From the NCBI GenBank assembly GCA_046757525.1, contig JBHHYI010000114.1, positions 1 through 13,245 of the forward strand: a stretch of DNA of 13,245 nt. The letters run 5' to 3'. The position numbers and the translations under genes are program-made. Each line of letters opens with the position of its first letter. Within the stretch, counting starts at the first letter, position 1. A model generated the notes under the pieces. That model did not search any database, was not told the origin of the DNA, and saw only the letters and a list, made by a program, of their open reading frames with translations. This document shows, piece after piece, positions 7,779 through 13,245 of this stretch. Origin of the DNA: a bacterium (GTDB taxonomy: Bacteria; Zhuqueibacterota; Zhuqueibacteria; Oceanimicrobiales; Oceanimicrobiaceae).

Positions 7779-8954
7779 TTAACTGGTTAGACGCATGTTC
7801 CGGCGCAGCCATTGTTCCGGATCCAGCTTGTTGGTACCGTGCCAGATTTCGAAATGCAGCATCGGTCCAGTCAACGAGCCGGATTCACCCACCGTACCGA
7901 TCACCTGTCCCATGCCTACTTCCTCCATCAAGTCTACTCTAATTTCCTGCAGATGAGTATAAACCGTGTAAAAGCCACCATAGTGACTGACGATGACGAT
8001 GTTACCACGACCGCGCTGCCAGGTGATCGCCGTCACTCGCCCGCTGGCAACGGAATATACTGAGTTGCCCAGAGAGGCCTGGATATCGATACCGATGTTT
8101 TCTGTGACGGTCTTCAATTCCGGATGAACATATTTGCCAAACTTTGCAATCACTTTACCGCGTGTGGGCCAAATCAATTCGCCCTTCAGTTCAGCAAATG
8201 GCTTGTCGGGTTTTAATAAAGGCGCTTGCTCAGCAGTAGACTCTAACCGGAGAATGATCTTCCTGATTTCATCGCGGGCTTTTTCTTTTTCGGCCAACTG
8301 CTGCCGCAGCAAGTCGGTGTTCCGCCGAATTCGCCTGAGAATCCTCTGCCGTTTGGCTTTATTCGATTTCAGGTTTTTTTCTTCACGTGTCTTTGATTTG
8401 ATGATCTTACGCTTCTCAGCCAATTCCACCGAACGAAGATCCTTGTCCCTGATCAACCGCGCCTGCTTTTCCTGGATCTTGACAAAGTTGCGGTGGTCGT
8501 TTTCCGCAACACGTTTCTGGTACTCCAACCAGAGCAGCCCCTGGTTTATCGACCGCGAAGTGAGCAGCAATTCCAGGTCTTTTACCCGACCATACTTGTA
8601 AAAATACACCAATCGCTTTGCAAACTGAGATTTTAGTTTCTCCAGCTCCTTCTTCGTACTTTGCAGGTTTCTTTCCAGTTTAGCGATTTGCCGGGTCTTC
8701 CTTTTTTCCTCTTTCCTCAGTTTTTGAATCAGATTTTGCGTCAAATCGATTTCCAAATTCAAATTAGCCAGATAGTTCAATACCGAGCTTTCTTTTTTCT
8801 TGCTTTCGGAGATCTTGTTTTCATACTCGTGAATCTCGTCGCGCAACCTCCGGAGCTGGTCGTGCTGCTTTTGCAGCAGATCCTGACTCCGTGCATCCGC
8901 GAGAGCGCCAAAGCTCCTAAAAGCGAGAATGAATACTAAGATTTTAGAAAACAT
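7779..8954 (-). CDS. envC: EnvC-like murein hydrolase activator (signal peptide, coiled coil, degenerate M23/LytM domain)
   Basis: Hydrophobic N-terminus, long K/E/Q-rich coiled coil, and a C-terminal M23 domain (LIWPTRG, NIGIDI, YTVYTHL, IGTVGESG, LHFEI). Confidence 0.8.
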   Translation of the reverse strand: MFSKILVFILAFRSFGALADARSQDLLQKQHDQLRRLRDEIHEYENKISESKKKESSVLNYLANLNLEIDLTQNLIQKLRKEEKRKTRQIAKLERNLQSTKKELEKLKSQFAKRLVYFYKYGRVKDLELLLTSRSINQGLLWLEYQKRVAENDHRNFVKIQEKQARLIRDKDLRSVELAEKRKIIKSKTREEKNLKSNKAKRQRILRRIRRNTDLLRQQLAEKEKARDEIRKIILRLESTAEQAPLLKPDKPFAELKGELIWPTRGKVIAKFGKYVHPELKTVTENIGIDIQASLGNSVYSVASGRVTAITWQRGRGNIVIVSHYGGFYTVYTHLQEIRVDLMEEVGMGQVIGTVGESGSLTGPMLHFEIWHGTNKLDPEQWLRRNMRLTS

Positions 8955-8962
8955 AAACTAAA

Positions 8963-8991
8963 ATAATAGAATCAAGCGTCAAAATCAACAA
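8963..8991 (-). promoter_or_regulatory. Candidate sigma70 promoter for the minus-strand operon
   Basis: TTGTTG (8991-8986), 17-nt spacer, TATTAT (8968-8963), 8 nt before the envC ATG. No SD is visible. Confidence 0.35.
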
Positions 8992-9042
8992 AAAAAATCC
9001 GGCCAATACTTTCACTTTTGGATGGCCAGTTACAACGACTCC

Positions 9043-9070
9043 TTGCAACTTGTTCAAAAGATCGTATATT
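9043..9070 (+). promoter_or_regulatory. Candidate sigma70 promoter for the MFS gene
   Basis: TTGCAA (9043-9048), 16-nt spacer, TATATT (9065-9070), 5 nt before the in-frame ATG at 9076. Confidence 0.5.
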
Positions 9071-9075
9071 TAGAT

Positions 9076-10344
9076 ATGGCCTACAAGCAATTTCTGACCT
9101 GGCAACTCGTTTTGAATTGGCTGACCAGAGTTTTATTCTTCACCAGCCTCGCGGCGCTCCTGCCCACGCTGCCTCTTTATCTGGTAGACCTGGGGGGCAA
9201 CGAATCACAAGTCGGGGTCGTGATGAGCGCCTTCGGACTGGGCGTTCTGCTGTTTAGACCGGTGGTGGGCAAACAGATCGACACGCTAGGCCGAAAGATC
9301 GTGTTGATTTTCGGCGTTCTCGTTTTCATCGTATCGCCCATTCTCTACATCTTTATCAAATCGATTGCTGTGCTCATTCCCGTTCGCATCTTCCACGGCC
9401 TGGGGTTAGCCGCATTCGGCACCGCTTCCATTACCCTGATCACCGATGCCGCTCCCATTGAACAGCGCGGCGAGGTCATAAGCTACACCGGGGTGGCCAA
9501 CACCATTGCGTTTTCCGGCGGCCCCATTCTAGGCACTTTTCTCTACGACCATTGGGGCTTCACCGTTTTGTTCGGCGTGGTTTCTATTCTCGCCTCCACC
9601 TGCTTGTTGCTGTCCTTTCTGCTCGAGGAAACCAGAACGCAAGCCTTTTCAAGTACGCGGGTGAGCTTCAAACAGGCTGTTTTCAACAGAAGAATTCTGG
9701 TCGCTTTTTGTGTCGTCCTGTTGACCGCTCTGACTCACGGCGGGGTCATGTTCTTTCTGCCCATTTTTCTCAAAGAAAGGCTCACCATCAATATCGGCGT
9801 GTTTTTTACCATTTACGGCCTCGCTGCCCTGGCCGTTCGATTTGTCGTGGGCAGGCTGTCCGACCGCCTGGGCCGTGGTCCGATCATCATCGGTGCCCTG
9901 GTGTGCTTGACCTCAGGTGTGTTTCTCCTGAGCCAAACCACCACAGTGACCCTCATGGTTCTGTCTGCCATATTCTACGGCATGGGATTCGGTTCGCACC
10001 AGCCCACGCTGTCGGCCCTGGTGGCGGACAACACCACCGATGAGACGCGCGGCAAAATTTTCTCGTTCTATTACGCCGGCTTTGACTTAGGCATTTCGCT
10101 GGCTGGCATCTTACTCGGGGCCGTCGCAGAAGCAAAAGGGATTGGCAATATGATCGTCCTTTGCAGCGGTTTAACCGTCGCCGCTTTGCTTATCTTTACC
10201 ACTCTCCCTGAAAAAAGCCTGGGCCAATCGCTAAGGTGTGCCTTTTCTTTCAACCAGCCAGGGAAGCAGTGTTACATCTGCGATCAATACATGGAAGTCT
10301 CTGCAAAACAAGCCGAGGAATATTTTAAACAGACGGACAAATAA
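9076..10344 (+). CDS. Major facilitator superfamily transporter
   Basis: About 12 hydrophobic segments, with motif A in both halves (GKQIDTLGRK, GRLSDRLGRG) plus RIFHGLG and RGEVISY. Start 9076 is preferred over 9022 because a promoter-like element lies between the two ATGs. Confidence 0.92.
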   Translation: MAYKQFLTWQLVLNWLTRVLFFTSLAALLPTLPLYLVDLGGNESQVGVVMSAFGLGVLLFRPVVGKQIDTLGRKIVLIFGVLVFIVSPILYIFIKSIAVLIPVRIFHGLGLAAFGTASITLITDAAPIEQRGEVISYTGVANTIAFSGGPILGTFLYDHWGFTVLFGVVSILASTCLLLSFLLEETRTQAFSSTRVSFKQAVFNRRILVAFCVVLLTALTHGGVMFFLPIFLKERLTINIGVFFTIYGLAALAVRFVVGRLSDRLGRGPIIIGALVCLTSGVFLLSQTTTVTLMVLSAIFYGMGFGSHQPTLSALVADNTTDETRGKIFSFYYAGFDLGISLAGILLGAVAEAKGIGNMIVLCSGLTVAALLIFTTLPEKSLGQSLRCAFSFNQPGKQCYICDQYMEVSAKQAEEYFKQTDK

Positions 10345-10469
10345 GCCGGCAATAATACGGATTGTGGATTCTTGCATTTGCTTCTGTCCGTCAGGCACCT
10401 AATATTTCTCACTTCGTTGGGGCAAAAATATCGACCTGTTGTGCACCGCCAGGGAAGATTATTCATAAA

Positions 10470-10515
10470 CGTAATTCAATTACGAAATTCGCGTGTAAAA
10501 ACTTCCTGGTTTACA
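10470..10515. promoter_or_regulatory. Two palindromic candidate activator-binding sites
   Basis: CGTAATT-C-AATTACG (10470-10484, perfect 7-bp arms) and TGTAAA-N10-TTTACA (10494-10515), about 105-150 bp upstream of the predicted sigma54 start site. Confidence 0.5.
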
Positions 10516-10592
10516 TACCTTCTTCACCTCCCGCCTCACCCGTTAGGCTTGTTTTTCTGTAATTCTGTAACAACAACGGTGAGCCAAGGCTG

Positions 10593-10608
10593 TGGTACGG
10601 TATTTGTA
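10593..10608 (+). promoter_or_regulatory. Sigma54-like -24/-12 promoter
   Basis: TGGTAC-GGTAT-TTGTA versus the consensus TGGCAC-N5-TTGCW. Spacing is exactly GG-N10-G(T), but the -12 GC is replaced by GT. Confidence 0.55.
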
Positions 10609-10669
10609 GAATAATTTTGTGAATTGAGTGCAACAGAAAAATTGGTGCCATCAAGGAGGAAGAATTCCA

Positions 10670-10771
10670 ATGGAAAAAACGACCAAAAAACAGAACAGGT
10701 TTGTCACCTTAGCCTTTTTGATTTCCATCGCTTATATCGTGATTATCGTATTAATGGACAAGTTCTTTTAG
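10670..10771 (+). CDS. Unannotated 33-aa single-pass membrane peptide
   Basis: AAGGAGG at 10653-10659, then ATG...TAG encoding MEKTTKKQNRFVTLAFLISIAYIVIIVLMDKFF: a basic N-terminus followed by 19 uncharged residues. Below the ORF-track size cutoff. Confidence 0.75.
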   Translation: MEKTTKKQNRFVTLAFLISIAYIVIIVLMDKFF

Positions 10772-10882
10772 CGTGAAGCGGTGACCTTCTCCGAGAAAGT
10801 TACCGTTTCTCTGATGTAAGAAAACCAATCTTTTGAACAAAAGTCAGACTCTTTTGAGACCGTTTTATTGTTCAATACCCCC

Positions 10883-10917
10883 AAGAGGCAGGGCGCTTGC
10901 TCTGCCTTTTCTTTTTT
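10883..10917 (+). terminator. Rho-independent terminator
   Basis: Stem AGGCAGGGC/GCTCTGCCT (one G-U pair), GCTT loop, followed by TTTCTTTTTT. Confidence 0.85.
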
Positions 10918-10921
10918 GTCC

Positions 10922-10950
10922 TTGCTTTCTTGCCCGGCAAATTGTATCTT
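10922..10950 (+). promoter_or_regulatory. Candidate sigma70 promoter for the AKR gene
   Basis: TTGCTT (10922-10927), 17-nt spacer, TATCTT (10945-10950), just after the terminator and 28 nt before the ATG at 10979. Confidence 0.55.
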
Positions 10951-10978
10951 TGCTTCAAAAGACGCCTTCGCATGTAGC

Positions 10979-12490
10979 ATGGCCACACCGCAAGCAACTG
11001 AACAATACTTTCAGCGACTCTCGCACAAGAGTCTGCATCCGGATGCCGTTGGAATTCTCGGCAAGACTGAATTTCGCGTTTCTGCCATCGGATTCGGCGG
11101 CTACCGCATTCACCACAATTCCGTCGAACACGCCAGAGCGTTGCGCTACGCGCTTCTGAACGGCATCAACCTGATCGATACCTCCAGCAATTATACCGAC
11201 GGTGGCAGCGAAATGCTCGTCGGAAACCTGCTGCAAGAAATGTTTGAACGGGGCGAGGTGGCACGGGACGAAGTCGTGGTGGTCTCGAAAGTGGGCTACG
11301 TCCAGGGCCAGAACCTCACCCTGGCCCGGCAGTTGGAAGCCCGAGATCAGCCATTTCCGGAAATGGTGCCCTACCTGGACGACTGCTGGCACTGCATCCA
11401 CCCCGACTTTCTGCAAGATCAACTCACGCGCTCCCTCGACCGCCTCCGGCTGCCTTCGCTGGATGTCTACCTGTTGCACAACCCGGAATACTTTCTCTCC
11501 GATGCCAGGAAGCGCGGCAGCATGGACGCCGAGGCCGCCCGCGACGCCTACTACCGTCGCATTAAGCATGCCTTCGAATGGCTGGAAGAAAAGGTACAAG
11601 AAGGTAAAATCAAGGCCTACGGCATTTCTTCCAACACCTTTCCGGCTTCAGAGCGAGATTTTGAATTCACGTCCTTAGAGAAACTTTTGCAGATTGCCGC
11701 AAGCGTTTCGCCGCAGCCCTATTTTCAGGTCATCCAATTCCCGTTTAATTTGTTCGAGATTGGCGCTCATGCAGAAAGGAATCAATCCGACGGCACCAAG
11801 ACCTTGCTGCAATTAGCAGCGGAAAACCGGGTGGCTACTCTGGCGAACCGGCCATTGAACGCCATGGCAAACGGAGGGATGATACGCCTGGCCAGCTTCA
11901 GAGAAAGCGATGAACAACAAATCCGCAGCGATTTTTCCAGGCAGATTCAGGAACTGCGCGTTCTGGAACAGAAGTTTAAACAGGAGCTGATCGCAAAAGC
12001 GCCGGCAGACATGCCTCGAGGCAATCTGCAAACGGTTTTCTCCGTTGCACAGCACCTGGCCAAAGCGCTGGTGGATTTTGAGAATTGGGAGCACTGGGAT
12101 CACGTCAAGCAAAACTACGTTCTGCCGCAGTCGCTTGCCTACCTGAGCTACTTGAATCGCCAACTGAGCGAAGACCGGAGTTGGCAGGCCTGGTACGATG
12201 CCTACGTCCATGCGCTGCACCGGTTTCTCGACACGGTGAGCAAGCACTACGAAAACCAGGCGCAGGCGCGTTCCAACGCGTTTGCTCAAAAGTTGGACAA
12301 TCTGAACGACGCCTTGCGCTCGTCGGAAACGCTGTCGCAAAAGGCGCTCAGGATTCTGACCTCGACTGACGGCATCGACTGCGTTCTGCTGGGCATGCGC
12401 AAAACGCCTTACGTCGAAGACGCCCTGTCGGCCCTTGGAGAACCCAGCTTGTCGCAGGTTGCCACGACGCTGCAACAGTTTAGCAAATAG
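10979..12490 (+). CDS. Aldo/keto reductase family protein with a large helical insertion
   Basis: VSAIGFGGYR, INLIDTSSNY (catalytic D and Y), VVVSKVGY (K), LDVYLLHNPE (H), GKIKAYGISSN and VLLGMR motifs. ATG 10979 is chosen because the TTG extension to 10868 crosses the terminator and promoter. Confidence 0.9.
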   Translation: MATPQATEQYFQRLSHKSLHPDAVGILGKTEFRVSAIGFGGYRIHHNSVEHARALRYALLNGINLIDTSSNYTDGGSEMLVGNLLQEMFERGEVARDEVVVVSKVGYVQGQNLTLARQLEARDQPFPEMVPYLDDCWHCIHPDFLQDQLTRSLDRLRLPSLDVYLLHNPEYFLSDARKRGSMDAEAARDAYYRRIKHAFEWLEEKVQEGKIKAYGISSNTFPASERDFEFTSLEKLLQIAASVSPQPYFQVIQFPFNLFEIGAHAERNQSDGTKTLLQLAAENRVATLANRPLNAMANGGMIRLASFRESDEQQIRSDFSRQIQELRVLEQKFKQELIAKAPADMPRGNLQTVFSVAQHLAKALVDFENWEHWDHVKQNYVLPQSLAYLSYLNRQLSEDRSWQAWYDAYVHALHRFLDTVSKHYENQAQARSNAFAQKLDNLNDALRSSETLSQKALRILTSTDGIDCVLLGMRKTPYVEDALSALGEPSLSQVATTLQQFSK

Positions 12491-12583
12491 AAGCTATTCT
12501 GGCTTGGTGCCCGCGGCATGCGGTGTTTTCGGCTCTCAATTAATGGCGAGGCGTTTCGCAAAAATCGCGACTGAGAAATCGTC

Positions 12584-13072
12584 ATGGAACCAGATTTTCG
12601 CATCGGCCCGGAGGCTTTGAAGTATTTCAAACTGGCCTACGCGCACCAGATGAAAGGCGAATTGGACCAGGCTTTGAAGTACTACGAAAAGTCTCTGGCG
12701 ATCGAACCTACGGCTGAAGCGTACACCTTCCTGGGCTGGACTTACAGTTTTATGGGCAAGCTGGAACTGGCCATCAAGGCGTGCCAAAAGGCCATCGCCA
12801 TCGATCCCGATTTTGGCAATCCTTACAACGACATCGGCGCCTATCTGCTGCAACTGGGCCAATTTGACGAAGCCATCGACTGGCTGGTGAAAGCCACTAA
12901 AGCCACGCGTTACGAAAACCCGGAGTTCCCGTACTGCAACCTCGCTCGGATTTATGAGCTGAAAGGCCTCTGGCCGTTGGCCATTAAGGCGTACCACCAG
13001 GCTTTGCAAATCCGCAAAGACTACCAGCCAGCGCTCATGGCCCTTTTGCGGTTAGAGGCAAAGTTGAATTGA
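12584..13072 (+). CDS. Tetratricopeptide repeat protein (about 4 TPRs)
   Basis: Repeated TPR consensus: ALKYYEKSLAIEP, AYTFLG...AIKACQKAIAIDP, PYNDIG...AIDWL.KA, PYCNLA...AIKAYHQALQI. Confidence 0.9.
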   Translation: MEPDFRIGPEALKYFKLAYAHQMKGELDQALKYYEKSLAIEPTAEAYTFLGWTYSFMGKLELAIKACQKAIAIDPDFGNPYNDIGAYLLQLGQFDEAIDWLVKATKATRYENPEFPYCNLARIYELKGLWPLAIKAYHQALQIRKDYQPALMALLRLEAKLN

Positions 13073-13151
13073 TGTTGGAGATATGGCGAAGATTGGGGTT
13101 TTATTTGTAAATTAAGAAACGACCGAAACGGTTCTGAGAAGCAATGTGTGA

Positions 13152-13245
13152 GTCATCCCGAGTAGGTCACTGCTTCTCAAGTGACCGTATCGAGGGGTGA
13201 CGGGCGTCGCCCTTCGATATGTCCCGACCAAAAACCGGTCGGGAC
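13152..13245. repeat. REP/REPIN-like composite palindrome, truncated at the window end
   Basis: GTCATCCCGAGTAG followed by three abutting hairpins: GGTCACT/AGTGACC (13165-13186), TATCGAGGGGTGAC/GTCGCCCTTCGATA (13188-13219, 2 G-U pairs) and GTCCCGACC/GGTCGGGAC (13221-13245). Confidence 0.65.

Noticed and set aside
10284..10614. Short ORFs 10284-10466 (-), 10362-10562 (+) and 10372-10614 (+)
   Set aside because: No SD or protein-like features, and they overlap the palindromes and promoter of the microprotein unit.
10868..10978. Cys-rich N-terminal extension of the AKR ORF from TTG 10868
   Set aside because: It runs through an intrinsic terminator and a sigma70-like promoter; ATG 10979 is the more plausible start.
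10768..10986. 72-aa minus-strand ORF as a possible antitoxin to the 33-aa peptide
   Set aside because: No RBS, it starts inside the AKR gene and crosses the promoter and terminator; nothing supports translation.
13083..13115. Mini-ORF MAKIGVLFVN after the TPR gene
   Set aside because: The GGAG is only 2 nt from the ATG and the ORF has 10 codons; likely chance.
13152..13245. tRNA or CRISPR repeat interpretation of the terminal hairpins
   Set aside because: No T-loop or D-loop consensus, stem lengths do not fit a tRNA, and there is no repeat-spacer periodicity or cas gene.

Overview
Bacterial chromosomal window of mostly housekeeping genes. The minus strand carries a tightly packed operon: EnvC-like M23 protein, holB, PSP1/RicT, metG, an AT-rich two-gene insert, tatD, rsmA, mgtE and recO (truncated at the left edge and absent from the ORF track). 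The plus strand carries an MFS transporter, an aldo/keto reductase with a helical insertion, and a TPR protein. Three elements are not explained by the ORF track. (1) The AT-rich insert between metG and tatD looks like a TumA-TumE (DUF6516) toxin-antitoxin pair whose toxin is split by a -1 frameshift; its C-terminal half with WDTAPHH...FPYHKH lies at 3017-3214. (2) The 630-bp gap between the MFS and AKR genes holds an apparently self-contained transcription unit: upstream palindromes, a sigma54-like -24/-12 promoter, an AAGGAGG RBS, a 33-aa single-TM peptide, a structured 3' UTR and an intrinsic terminator. (3) The right edge is a GTAG-led triple-hairpin REP/REPIN-like element cut off by the window end. 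Family assignments come from motif recognition only; no searches were run.
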